Assembly: GCA_026396015.1 (NCBI GenBank)
Contig: JAPLXP010000003.1
Coordinates: 176,974-240,973 of the forward strand
Reading direction: 5' to 3'
DNA: 64,000 nt
Source: Candidatus Nomurabacteria bacterium
GTDB taxonomy: Bacteria; Patescibacteriota; Minisyncoccia; Phycocordibacterales; UBA9973
Of the stretch, positions 39,053-48,609 are shown piece by piece (within the stretch, counting starts at the first letter, position 1; each line of letters begins with the position of its first letter). The notes beneath the pieces were generated by a model, which was given only the letters and a program-made list of their open reading frames with translations, searched no databases and was not told the DNA's origin. A program made the translations under genes and the position numbers.

Positions 39053-40105
39053 TTCTTCGTCTTGTGGTTTCTCTATTGTGAGTGTCTCTACTTTTAAAGC
39101 TTCACCTGTGATACGCATCACGTCCTTGTCTACTTTTCGGAATTCATGATTAGACTTGTTGAAGTGGTTCACTGTGGTCTCTAATGCCGCACCCATCTTC
39201 TTGTGATACTCTTCGTACTTTTGTAGGTGTGTACCTAGTTCACCGACGCGCTTGATGATATCTTTTGCACCTTCCTCGATCTGCATAGCTTTTAGGCCCT
39301 GTAGGACTGTCTGTAGATAAGCTAGGAATGAAGTCGGCGATACGATGATGACTTTGTACTTACTAGCAGCTCTCTGTATTAGATTCTCTGTATCTTCACC
39401 GACGAGTGCACCGATTTTATTTACGAGTAAATCATAATAGATTGCCTCGTGAGGGATGAACATAAATGCGAATTCCATCGTACCATTCTCGGGTTGGATA
39501 TATTTTGAAGTTTCAGTAATACGATTCTTCAAATCATTTACAAAGACTTTTTCTAATCTGTCTTTCTCAGCCTTGTCACTCGTTTCGCTTATTCTGTTGT
39601 AATTTTCAAGCGAGAATTTTGAATCAATCGGGATTATTTTATCTTTTACAAATACCGCTGCATCCACTATCGTGCCGTCTGGAAAAGGGAATTGCATCTG
39701 ATATGAACCCGGTGGCATGATATTTTTCAAGAGTGTCTCGAGATAATATTCACCCAATATTCCACGCTGCTTTGGATTCTTCAATATGTCTTGGAGGCTC
39801 TGGAGCTGATCTGTGAATCCTACTACCTGCTTGTTAGTCTCGTCTAGTCTTGTGATCTTTTCTGTGATGTCTGAGATAATTCTTGAAGTCTCTGAAGATT
39901 GGTATCGCATAGACTGAGTCATCTCTTTTTGACTCTCGGTCAATTTATTATCAATAGTCCGAGTGAGCTCATTCATCTGAGAGAGGAGTAGCTGTAGTCC
40001 TGTGTCATCCTTTTTCTCTTCAGGTTTTGTATTTTTCTTTAGCAAAAGAAAAGCGATAATAATGCCCAATATAATTCCCAAAATAATTGTAATAGCTGTT
40101 GTCAT
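39050..40105 (-). CDS. rmuC: DNA recombination protein RmuC
   Basis: N-terminal TM plus coiled coil, conserved IPIDSKFSLENY and EFAFMFIPHEAIYYDLL motifs of the RmuC family. Confidence 0.75.
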   Translation of the reverse strand: MTTAITIILGIILGIIIAFLLLKKNTKPEEKKDDTGLQLLLSQMNELTRTIDNKLTESQKEMTQSMRYQSSETSRIISDITEKITRLDETNKQVVGFTDQLQSLQDILKNPKQRGILGEYYLETLLKNIMPPGSYQMQFPFPDGTIVDAAVFVKDKIIPIDSKFSLENYNRISETSDKAEKDRLEKVFVNDLKNRITETSKYIQPENGTMEFAFMFIPHEAIYYDLLVNKIGALVGEDTENLIQRAASKYKVIIVSPTSFLAYLQTVLQGLKAMQIEEGAKDIIKRVGELGTHLQKYEEYHKKMGAALETTVNHFNKSNHEFRKVDKDVMRITGEALKVETLTIEKPQDEE

Positions 40106-40154
40106 TCACATATTTTAGCATAAAAAGGTTATTTTTAGACCTTAAAATTACCCT

Positions 40155-40182
40155 TTACAAAATCAATCAAATATGATATAAT
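40155..40182 (+). promoter_or_regulatory. sigma70-type promoter TTTACA-N16-TATAAT
   Basis: Shares an atgatataatac -10 region with the helicase B promoter. Confidence 0.45.
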
Positions 40183-40202
40183 ACAAAAAAATTATTTGAA
40201 AA

Positions 40203-42212
40203 ATGAAAGTCAAAAAACTTAATCAGTTACCAGCCTGGAAGGCTAGTGCGATCCGTAACTTAAGAAAATACTTAAGATTACATGAAAACCCCCCTGTCCT
40301 TCGCGGGTTACAAATTCCACTTTTCAGTGATGTTATTGACTTTGTGCAAAGTGGTAAGAATGCTGGATATGTCAGTGCTCCTATGGGGACTGGTAAAACA
40401 GTTATTTTTACCGAATTCGCAAATGCACTAAAACAAAGAGTAATTGTTGTCGTTCCATCCATTCTTCTTATTCATCAGACCAGAGAAGAAATTGCTTCAT
40501 TTGCTCCATCGTTACGTGTCGGTCTTCTTTATTCAAAGAAGAAACAATATGATACTGACGTTGTTATTACTACTTATACCTCGTTAGGTATTGGTATCAA
40601 AAATGGAACACTTAAAGTAAAAGACTTTAATTGGCTGATTTTAGATGAAGCTCATGAGAGCTTGTCTGTAAGTCGCCAAAAGGTAGTCAATCGTTTCAAA
40701 CACGCAATCCGTTTAGGTTTTACTGCTTCTGAAAAATATGATGAGGAAAAACAATTGTCAAAATTATTGCCAAATGAAATTCATCGCATCACTATTCTTG
40801 AAGCCGTAGAAAGTGGTTTGCTGTGTCCTTTTTCTGTTGTCATTGCTCAAACTACAACGGATTTATCTAAAGTTGGTTCTGTTAATGGAGATTATGATAA
40901 AAAACAGCTTGAAAAAGCTGTAAACAAGGAGGGGCGAAATCGTTCGGCTGTAGCACTTTATGAGACAACTCCTTTTTATAAGGGTAAATCTTTGATGTGT
41001 CATTGTGTATCTATTGAGCACGCGGAAGCTGTAGCAAGAAAATTTCGTGCCAATGGGTGGCGAGCCGAAGCCGTGCATAGTCAGATTGAAGATGATACTA
41101 GAGGTAAAAGACTTCAAGATTTCTGTTCGGGGAAATTAACGGTACTTTGCAATGTTGATATTCTTACACGAGGATTCAATGCACCTATCGTGAGTATTTG
41201 TTTCAATCTTCGTCCTACTCGTTCGCTTGTAGTCGCTACTCAGAGAGCTCGTAATTTGCGCATAGACAGAAACAATTCAGACAAGTTTGCTGTTGTCGTT
41301 GATTTTGTTGATGCAAATTTTAATCGCTCTAATCCGCCTCTAACTTTTGATAAAGTTGTAGATGGGTCTGCTTTAGTTGTTCCTTCTTTCTGGAAAGATA
41401 ATAAAATTTTTTCAGAAATTTCAAAACAATTGCAACCTGCTATTCCTATAGATGATTTAAAGGTTTATGTTGAAACTAGTGAAGTACTAAGAATTACTGG
41501 AAGTATGCAAAAATGGGAAGAATCAAAGTGGGTTTCCGAAAAAGATATTAAAGATTTGTTCAATCAAAAAGGATGGAAAAACCAAAGAGAATATGATTCT
41601 CAAAGAACTAATTTTGTTGGTTTTCCTCATTCGGTTAATTTTCCTGATGTGTACAAGAAAACATTTGGTGAAGTTGTTTTTGGAAAAAAAGGGCTTAAGG
41701 ATGTCGAATGGCTTTTTGCAGAAGAAATCAAAAAATTATTTTTCGAAAATGATTGGAAAAATCAAAAAGGATACGAAAAAAACAAACCTTCCAATTGCCC
41801 TTCACCTTCAAATTTTCCAAGAATTTATAATACAACATTTAGTGAAATGATGTACGGAAGAAAAAAAGAAGTTAACGGTGTATGGTTGTCAGAAGAACAA
41901 GTTCGTGAACTTTTTTTAAAGGAAAAATGGAAAAATCAAGCTGAATATGACAAAAAAAGACCATCAGGATGTCCAAGCTTTAGTAATTTTAGGAAGTTTT
42001 ATGGAAAACCGTTTAAGGAGGTTATGTATCCTAATGGTAAATGGCCTTCAGAAGTGGATGTAAAAAAACTATTTATCGAAAATAAATGGAAAGATTACAA
42101 AGAATATAATAAAAATAAACCAAAAAATTATCCTTATTCTTTTCATTTCCCTGATATTTACAAAAAAACCTTCAATCAACTTGTTGGAGGAGAGTATAGA
42201 AAACATCTTTAA
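40203..42212 (+). CDS. SF2 (DEAH/ResIII-type) helicase A with four C-terminal ~55-aa repeats
   Basis: Walker A APMGTGKT, DEAH box LILDEAHES, motif VI TQRARNLR. C-terminus has 4 repeats of W.SE..IK.LF...WKNQ.EYDKK.P...PS.SNFP.IY.KTF. Confidence 0.8.
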   Translation: MKVKKLNQLPAWKASAIRNLRKYLRLHENPPVLRGLQIPLFSDVIDFVQSGKNAGYVSAPMGTGKTVIFTEFANALKQRVIVVVPSILLIHQTREEIASFAPSLRVGLLYSKKKQYDTDVVITTYTSLGIGIKNGTLKVKDFNWLILDEAHESLSVSRQKVVNRFKHAIRLGFTASEKYDEEKQLSKLLPNEIHRITILEAVESGLLCPFSVVIAQTTTDLSKVGSVNGDYDKKQLEKAVNKEGRNRSAVALYETTPFYKGKSLMCHCVSIEHAEAVARKFRANGWRAEAVHSQIEDDTRGKRLQDFCSGKLTVLCNVDILTRGFNAPIVSICFNLRPTRSLVVATQRARNLRIDRNNSDKFAVVVDFVDANFNRSNPPLTFDKVVDGSALVVPSFWKDNKIFSEISKQLQPAIPIDDLKVYVETSEVLRITGSMQKWEESKWVSEKDIKDLFNQKGWKNQREYDSQRTNFVGFPHSVNFPDVYKKTFGEVVFGKKGLKDVEWLFAEEIKKLFFENDWKNQKGYEKNKPSNCPSPSNFPRIYNTTFSEMMYGRKKEVNGVWLSEEQVRELFLKEKWKNQAEYDKKRPSGCPSFSNFRKFYGKPFKEVMYPNGKWPSEVDVKKLFIENKWKDYKEYNKNKPKNYPYSFHFPDIYKKTFNQLVGGEYRKHL

Positions 42213-42261
42213 AATTTTCACCTTCCACAAACACAGAGCGATAAAATGCTTTTGTGAATCA

Positions 42262-42305
42262 CAAAAGAGCAGAATCAACGAAGTTGATTCTGCTCTTTCT
42301 TTTTG
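42262..42305 (+). terminator. rho-independent terminator (agagcagaatcaacgaagttgattctgctct)
   Basis: Perfect 13-bp stem plus T-run, preceded by conserved palindrome ttttgtgaatcacaaaa. Confidence 0.7.
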
Positions 42306-42306
42306 C

Positions 42307-42336
42307 TTGACAATGTGTGTATTTTTATGATATAAT
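42307..42336 (+). promoter_or_regulatory. sigma70-type promoter TTGACA-N18-TATAAT
   Basis: Consensus hexamers upstream of helicase B. Confidence 0.55.
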
Positions 42337-42362
42337 ACTTAAAAATTAACAACTAAATATAA

Positions 42363-44261
42363 ATGAAAATAAAACTTTATGATTATCAAGAAATTGCCTA
42401 TCAGAAGGTAATACAGGCACTCAATAGTGCGGGTATCGCTCTGATGGTTATGGCAACTGGATTAGGTAAGACAATCGTATCAGCTCTGATAGCTCGATTC
42501 TTTTTGTCTTCTGGATCTGGTAAGCGCATTCTCTTTCTTTCCCATGATAATGGCATTCTAGAACAATCTTATCTGAAATATAAATTAATTTTAGGTAACG
42601 AATATTCTTATGCTCGTTTTTTTGGTAAAAAGAAAAATTGGAATGCAGATAAACATGATATTGTTTTTGCTACATTCCAATCCAAGCCGCATAAATTTTT
42701 TAAAGCGGACCACTTCGACTTTATTATTGTTGATGAGAGTCACCACAGTAAGGCTGATACTTATTTCTCTACATTAAATTATTTTACTCCTGTATGGAAG
42801 CTCGGTATGACTGCGACTCCTGATCGTGAAGATGAACGAGATATTCGTTCTATCTTTGGAAAAGAAGTTGTTACTTATGATCTTTCTGAGGCCATGGCAA
42901 ATGGTTGGCTGACACCTGTTGAATACAAGATTCTCAGTGATGGTATGGATTTAGCGATGCTTGAAGAAATTTGCCAAGAGGTATTAGTCGAAAATGTGCG
43001 TATATCTGAAAGTCAGCTCAATGAACGAATATTTATTCGTACGAGGAGTGATGAGCAGTGTAAACAGATTTTAGATTATACTAAAAATGGTTTAAAGGCT
43101 ATCGTGTTTTGTGCAAACATTACACACCTAGAACACATTATGGAGCTATTACCGAATAGTGTTGCCGTTCATTCTGGACGTACTGATGACGAGAATGATG
43201 AAGCAGAAATAATGTACCGTACTGGAAAAGCCTCCCATATACTCGTTGTAGATAAATACAATGAAGGGAAGGATTTACCTGATACTGATGTCCTTGTTTT
43301 TCTTCGTACTACTGATTCATACCGTATCTGGGTTCAACAGCTTGGACGCGGGCTACGCCTATTTCCTGGAAAAGATAAAGTTATTATTCTGGATTTTGTT
43401 GCAAACATTGAACGTGTAAAAAATGTTCATAGTTTTGCAATGCAGGTAAAAGAATATGGAGGAGGTGGAATAAATCAGGAATTCAAACTTGATACACCTC
43501 TTCATCTTGAAGGAAAAAACTTTAGCTTTGATTTCAGTTCAGAATTGGTAAATCTTATGTCTGTGTTTGAAAAGGTTAGTTTGAATTGTTATGCAAATTG
43601 GAAAGAAGCATCGAATGCTGCGATCAATCTTGGTATCACAAAACAAGAAGAATATCGTGCTTATTATAAGCAAGATATTAGACTACCCAGTGCTCCTGAA
43701 CAAGTCTACTCTGATTTTCCAGGATATAAAGTATTCTTAGGTGGAGTTTCTAAGGACTATTATCTAACTTGGCAAGAAGCCTCAATTGCTTCGATTAAAC
43801 TTGGTATTAAAACACAAGATCAATACCATAAGGATTATATGAATGATCCTAGATTGCCTTCACAAATAAATACTTTTTATCCTAATTTCCCAGGTTCAAA
43901 AGTTTTTTTTGGGGGAGTTGAAAAAGATTATTATTTAACCTTAAAAGAAGCACAAGAAGCAGCTAAAAAGTTGGGTATAAAAACCTACAAAGAGTATTCA
44001 AAAAGATACAAAGAGGATCCTAAGTTGCCATCTGTTCCAGGAAGATTTTATTCAGACTATGTAAGTTTTGATTTATTTATCGGCTCAGATTATTATTCAA
44101 CATGGCAAGAAGCTTCCGATTCTGTTAAAAAATTGAATATTTGTACTAGGGCAGATTACCAAAGAAAACAATTTTATAAAAAAGATTTAAGACTCCATTC
44201 AAATCCAGATATGTATTACAAAGATTTTCCAGACTGGCAAAATTTTTTAGGAAAAGAGTAA
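42363..44261 (+). CDS. SF2 (DESH/ResIII-type) helicase B with four C-terminal ~56-aa repeats
   Basis: Walker A ATGLGKT, DESH box IVDESHHS, motif VI QQLGRGLR. C-terminus has 4 repeats of YYLTW.EAS.A.KKLGIKT..EY.K.YK.DPRLPS.P...YS.FPG...FLGG. Confidence 0.8.
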   Translation: MKIKLYDYQEIAYQKVIQALNSAGIALMVMATGLGKTIVSALIARFFLSSGSGKRILFLSHDNGILEQSYLKYKLILGNEYSYARFFGKKKNWNADKHDIVFATFQSKPHKFFKADHFDFIIVDESHHSKADTYFSTLNYFTPVWKLGMTATPDREDERDIRSIFGKEVVTYDLSEAMANGWLTPVEYKILSDGMDLAMLEEICQEVLVENVRISESQLNERIFIRTRSDEQCKQILDYTKNGLKAIVFCANITHLEHIMELLPNSVAVHSGRTDDENDEAEIMYRTGKASHILVVDKYNEGKDLPDTDVLVFLRTTDSYRIWVQQLGRGLRLFPGKDKVIILDFVANIERVKNVHSFAMQVKEYGGGGINQEFKLDTPLHLEGKNFSFDFSSELVNLMSVFEKVSLNCYANWKEASNAAINLGITKQEEYRAYYKQDIRLPSAPEQVYSDFPGYKVFLGGVSKDYYLTWQEASIASIKLGIKTQDQYHKDYMNDPRLPSQINTFYPNFPGSKVFFGGVEKDYYLTLKEAQEAAKKLGIKTYKEYSKRYKEDPKLPSVPGRFYSDYVSFDLFIGSDYYSTWQEASDSVKKLNICTRADYQRKQFYKKDLRLHSNPDMYYKDFPDWQNFLGKE

Positions 44262-44316
44262 AATTTTCATTTGTACTTTCTAAAACACAGAGCAATAAAT
44301 TGCTTTTGTGATTCAC

Positions 44317-44362
44317 AAAAAAGCATAATCAACTTCGTTGATTATGCTTTTTCTTTTTTTTA
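44317..44362 (+). terminator. rho-independent terminator (gcataatcaacttcgttgattatgc + T-run)
   Basis: Paralogous to the helicase A terminator; preceded by ttttgtgattcacaaaa palindrome. Confidence 0.7.
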
Positions 44363-44435
44363 AAATTTTATACCTATTTACAAAAATATTTAGATATTGT
44401 AATGTAAAAAGAAACTAAAGAAAGGAAAATTAAAT

Positions 44436-45179
44436 ATGAAAAAATCATTAATTATTAAAACAGAAAGCAATTTCGTAAGAGAGTTGTTATTGCTACTCAA
44501 GTATTATGATTGCTTAACAGAAGCAGATGAAATTCTTTCTCAAATAGGAGGGGTTGGAAGGAGAGAGGAATATCTTGATGCTGGAGACGAAAAACCTTCT
44601 TTGTTCCGTAGTAATGTAGATATGGACTTAGAGCCATTTGTGCTTGAAGCTATTTTGCTAAATCAAATTAAAAAATCAGATTTTTTTTCTGTAGAAATTA
44701 AGTTCAACTACAAGAATTCTAATAAAATTTTAAATGAACTTGATTCTAAGACTGAATTTACTGGAATTGGGGACGTAGAAGATTTTCTTGGTATTAATAA
44801 TTTTTCATTAGAAATTGAAACTAAGGAGGTATTTTTTATTCCTATAATAAGGACAAAAAATATTAAGGATATTAAAAAATTTATTTCAGATAAAGGCTTC
44901 GAGCCTCTTGGTACATTTGAATTACTTTCTTATCTTGGTTATGTTCATTCACTTAGGAAAAAATCAAATTGGGAAAAATCTCAAAAACTCCTACCTAAAG
45001 CTTTCCATGGAAAGGGTGTACCTATAATTGCTATACGTGATATTTTACTTAGAAGTCATAAGCAATCATATCAAAAATCAGTATTACTTTCTGCTCAGAA
45101 TCTTTATCACATCAGAGTAAGAAGTTCTGCTGGAGGATTCAATAAAATCGTTTATGTTATCTGTGAGAAAAAGAAATAA
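44436..45179 (+). CDS. hypothetical protein
   Basis: 247-aa ORF, no motif recognised; sits between helicase B and the exonuclease. Confidence 0.4.
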   Translation: MKKSLIIKTESNFVRELLLLLKYYDCLTEADEILSQIGGVGRREEYLDAGDEKPSLFRSNVDMDLEPFVLEAILLNQIKKSDFFSVEIKFNYKNSNKILNELDSKTEFTGIGDVEDFLGINNFSLEIETKEVFFIPIIRTKNIKDIKKFISDKGFEPLGTFELLSYLGYVHSLRKKSNWEKSQKLLPKAFHGKGVPIIAIRDILLRSHKQSYQKSVLLSAQNLYHIRVRSSAGGFNKIVYVICEKKK

Positions 45180-45223
45180 AATAAAGCCACTATTATTAAT
45201 TAATGGTGGCTTATTTTTTCTAT

Positions 45224-45946
45224 TTAAACTAATTTTCCTAAATGATATCTTAAAGTATATATCCAATCTTCGTCGTCTGGATCGCTGGTTTCTTTTTGAT
45301 TGAGGAACCATTCGAGGTATCCACGGTCGATGCGGGCTACGTCGGCTACAGATTTGCCAGAGTGTTTTCCAAAAGAGAACATACTCATGAGTGATGGCTT
45401 TGATGATATCTCGATCATCTCAGCGTAGGCACCCTCGTCGTCTGTATTTTTTTCTTTCTTTATCTTTTCTACTAGTCTCTCAAAAAGTTTTTCCAGTACG
45501 AGTACATCACCGAGTGCATCGTGGGCCTGAGCCTCGATGTCGATATCTAAAAAGTATCGTAGATATTGGAGCTTGTGCTGGGGGATCTTGCCATCTTTAT
45601 CGAGTGCTCGCACTACGCGGAGTGTGCAGATAGTATGCGCAGGTACGATGCCTTCTTTCTTGATCATTCCTATATCAAATTTTGCATTGTGGGCTACCAT
45701 GATAGTATCGCCGTCCTCGAGCATTGATTTGATATTTTTATAATCATTACTTTCCTTGAATGATGGCTTGTCCGCCACCATCTTGTTTGATATATGCGTT
45801 ACAGCAGACGCTTCGGGTGGGATCTTCATCCCTGGATTATAAAGTTCGCAGAATATCTCGTCACCAGTTTTATAAGCTAGCTGACACAGAAGGTCTGTCG
45901 CATTTATACCTGTAGTCTCAGTATCTAAAAATACAATTTTTTTCAT
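45224..45946 (-). CDS. DEDDh 3'-5' exonuclease (DnaQ/epsilon-like) with C-terminal extension
   Basis: Exo I FLDTETTG, Exo II MVAHNAKFDIGM, Exo III HDALGDVLV. Confidence 0.75.
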   Translation of the reverse strand: MKKIVFLDTETTGINATDLLCQLAYKTGDEIFCELYNPGMKIPPEASAVTHISNKMVADKPSFKESNDYKNIKSMLEDGDTIMVAHNAKFDIGMIKKEGIVPAHTICTLRVVRALDKDGKIPQHKLQYLRYFLDIDIEAQAHDALGDVLVLEKLFERLVEKIKKEKNTDDEGAYAEMIEISSKPSLMSMFSFGKHSGKSVADVARIDRGYLEWFLNQKETSDPDDEDWIYTLRYHLGKLV

Positions 45947-46002
45947 GCATTTATTTTATCACAATATGCGCCATCAAAATAGCTTCCATTAAAGTGTAAT
46001 TA

Positions 46003-46135
46003 AAATAGTCCTTGAAAAAAGTCTTGCGCAGGAACTTAGAAAATAAATGAGTTTACGAGTATTATTTTCTTGAGTGACGAGCAGAGAAATTTTCTACCAA
46101 GAAAATATTCGTGCTTTTTGAGAGGAGCTATTTTA
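46003..46135. mobile_element. MITE-like dispersed repeat, copy iii
   Basis: Full-length copy with modules aagtcttgcgcaggaacttagaaaataaatgagtttacgag...gagcagagaaattttctaccaagaaaatattcgtgctttttgagaggagctatttt. Confidence 0.65.
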
Positions 46136-46190
46136 ATGGAACTCACAATCCTCATTTCACTTTGAGGCTCGTTTTTGCTATACTTTATTT

Positions 46191-46640
46191 ATGTTACACG
46201 AAGAAATAAAAGGGGAAATAAAGAATGCCATGATGGCAAAGGATACTGTTAAATTAAACGTAGTACGTGGTCTAGTGACTGCTTTTATGAATGATGCAGT
46301 TTCAAAAGGCAAGACTCCACAAGATTTTTTGTCTGATGAAGATGCTCTCGCAGTCATCACTCGTACAGCAAAGCAACGTAAAGATGCTATCGAGCAATTC
46401 ATAGCTGGTGGCCGCCAAGACCTAGCAGACGAGGATCGTGCGCAGCTTGCAATTCTAGAAAAATATTTACCAACATTGATGAGCGAGGAAGAGGTTTCAA
46501 AAGTCGCTATCGCTAAAAAAGAAGAACTAGCGATAACTGATCCTACAAAAAAAGGAATGCTAATGGCTGCAATCATGAAGGATCTAAAAGGTAAGGCTGA
46601 TGGTACTGTGGTGAAAAATGTCGTTGATCGTTTGTTTTAA
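46191..46640 (+). CDS. GatB/YqeY domain protein
   Basis: Signature EEIKGEIKNAMMAKD...LNVVRGLVTAF typical of YqeY. Confidence 0.8.
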   Translation: MLHEEIKGEIKNAMMAKDTVKLNVVRGLVTAFMNDAVSKGKTPQDFLSDEDALAVITRTAKQRKDAIEQFIAGGRQDLADEDRAQLAILEKYLPTLMSEEEVSKVAIAKKEELAITDPTKKGMLMAAIMKDLKGKADGTVVKNVVDRLF

Positions 46641-46662
46641 AAATTAATTTAAAAATATATTT

Positions 46663-47007
46663 ATGCGAATTATTGCACATTGGATTATCCTATCTATAGC
46701 AGTCTGGGCTACGACTCGTTTTGTTGATGGTGTTACTATTGACCCTGTATGGGTTGCTGCTGTTGTGGGTGCCTGTCTCACATTGTTCAACATGTTCCTA
46801 CGCCCTGTTATAAACATCCTGACATTGCCGTTGAATTTTGCTACTCTTGGTTTCTTTGCTCTTGTAATAAATGGTTTGATCTTCTGGTACCTAGGTACTA
46901 TCATCAAAGGTTTTCATGTAGAGGGGTTCTATGCTGCATTTGCTGGGGCTCTAGTTGTCTCAGTCCTCAACTGGCTAATCACAAAGGTCCTACGTACAGA
47001 TATGTAA
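46663..47007 (+). CDS. YvlD/DUF360 (phage holin family 4-like) membrane protein
   Basis: 4 TM; close resemblance to B. subtilis YvlD (GFHVEGFY..A..GALV.S..NW pattern). Confidence 0.65.
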   Translation: MRIIAHWIILSIAVWATTRFVDGVTIDPVWVAAVVGACLTLFNMFLRPVINILTLPLNFATLGFFALVINGLIFWYLGTIIKGFHVEGFYAAFAGALVVSVLNWLITKVLRTDM

Positions 47008-47010
47008 TAT

Positions 47011-47631
47011 ATGTTGTCTATTCGACTTATCGAGCACTTTGTAGAAACACACGCATTTTATGCTTATATTTTTGTGTTCCTGGGTGTACTAATAGAGGGG
47101 GAAGTTGCCGTCATTCTGGCAGGTATCTTTGCTCATCTTGGATCGATAAATCCTTTTATTGGTTTATTCTGTATTATTTTGGGTGGTGGGTTGCGTTCTG
47201 TGTTGGGATACGCTGTTGGAGATTATTTGAATCGCAAACATTCACATCGTCCTATTCTTTTAAAAATTGAACGCAAAATATCATATTTCCTCCCGCGTTT
47301 TACAGAGCGTCCTTTTTGGTCCATTTTTGTTTCTCGTTTTTTTATCCTAGGACTTCACTGGTTCACTATCGTATATTCTGGATATAAGAGTATAAATAAA
47401 AAACTTTATATGAAAGCAGAATTATCTTCTCTAATTATCTGGTCTGTTGGAGTTATGTCTTTGGGATATTTCTTTTCATTAGCGGCACTTTCTGTTAGTC
47501 ACGATCTGCGTAAATTCCTGGGTATTATACTCCTTTGTTTTATTGGATTCTTTTTGATTGAAAAAGCTATTGCTCTGGCTATTGAAATTATCGGTGATAT
47601 ATACGATACTGAAGGTAATCATAAAATATAA
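47011..47631 (+). CDS. DedA family membrane protein
   Basis: Signature FLGVLIEGEVAVILAGIFA with typical DedA topology. Confidence 0.6.
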   Translation: MLSIRLIEHFVETHAFYAYIFVFLGVLIEGEVAVILAGIFAHLGSINPFIGLFCIILGGGLRSVLGYAVGDYLNRKHSHRPILLKIERKISYFLPRFTERPFWSIFVSRFFILGLHWFTIVYSGYKSINKKLYMKAELSSLIIWSVGVMSLGYFFSLAALSVSHDLRKFLGIILLCFIGFFLIEKAIALAIEIIGDIYDTEGNHKI

Positions 47632-47636
47632 ACTAT

Positions 47637-48548
47637 ATGCTAAATTTTTTAAACATCTTTAATAAAAAGAAAACAATAATCGTCACACACAATGCTACTT
47701 TTCATGCTGATGATATTTTTTCTTGCGCGACACTATCTATCATGCTCGAGAGCGAGGGCAAGTCTGTTCGTATAATCCGTACTCGTGATCAGAATAAGAT
47801 TGATTTTGCAGATTACGTAGTAGATGTAGGCGGAATACATGACCCATCAAAGAATCGCTTTGATCATCATCAAAAGGGTGGTGCTGGAATGCGTGATAAT
47901 GAAGTTCCTTATGCTGCATTTGGATTGGTCTGGAAAGCTTATGGGGAAAAAGTCTGTGGAGATAAAATAGTAGCTCAAAGAATAGAAGAAAAATTAGTAC
48001 AGGGTATAGATGCCAATGATAATGGTATCGATACTTTTGAATTGAAAGGTGAGGCTATGCCTTATACTATTCAGGACTTGTTCTACTCATTCCGTCCAAG
48101 CTACACAGAAGAATTGGATTACGATGTCAGATTTTTAAAATTGGTAGACTTAGCAAAAGAAGTTCTACTAAGAGAAATAAAAAAGAATAGCGATCTGTTG
48201 AAAGCTTCAGATATCGTGAAGCGCGCTTATGCGAATTCTGAAGACAAGAGATTTGTAATACTCGATGGTTTTTATCCATGGGGTGAGACATTGATCGAAT
48301 ACCCGAGTGTGTTGTATGTAGTATTTCCAAAGCTTGATACTTGGCGAGTGGAGTGCATGAGAAAAGATAAATTCTCTTTCGAAAACAAGAAGCCATTACC
48401 AGCCTCTTGGGCAGGAAAGCGTGACCTAGAATTGGCAGCAGCTACTGGTGTAAAAGATGTGACTTTCTGTCACAATGGACGTTTTATGATTGTCGCTCGT
48501 ACAAAGGTGGCAGCACTAGAATTAGTTCAAAAAGCATTGGCGGAATAA
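47637..48548 (+). CDS. MYG1/UPF0160 family metal-dependent hydrolase
   Basis: N-terminal IVTHNATFHADDIFSCA matching the UPF0160 signature (THxGxFHADE). Confidence 0.7.
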   Translation: MLNFLNIFNKKKTIIVTHNATFHADDIFSCATLSIMLESEGKSVRIIRTRDQNKIDFADYVVDVGGIHDPSKNRFDHHQKGGAGMRDNEVPYAAFGLVWKAYGEKVCGDKIVAQRIEEKLVQGIDANDNGIDTFELKGEAMPYTIQDLFYSFRPSYTEELDYDVRFLKLVDLAKEVLLREIKKNSDLLKASDIVKRAYANSEDKRFVILDGFYPWGETLIEYPSVLYVVFPKLDTWRVECMRKDKFSFENKKPLPASWAGKRDLELAAATGVKDVTFCHNGRFMIVARTKVAALELVQKALAE

Positions 48549-48609
48549 TCATCCGTGACAAATTCAAAAAATCGTGCTATATTAACGAAGCTATACAAAA
48601 TAGACTATT

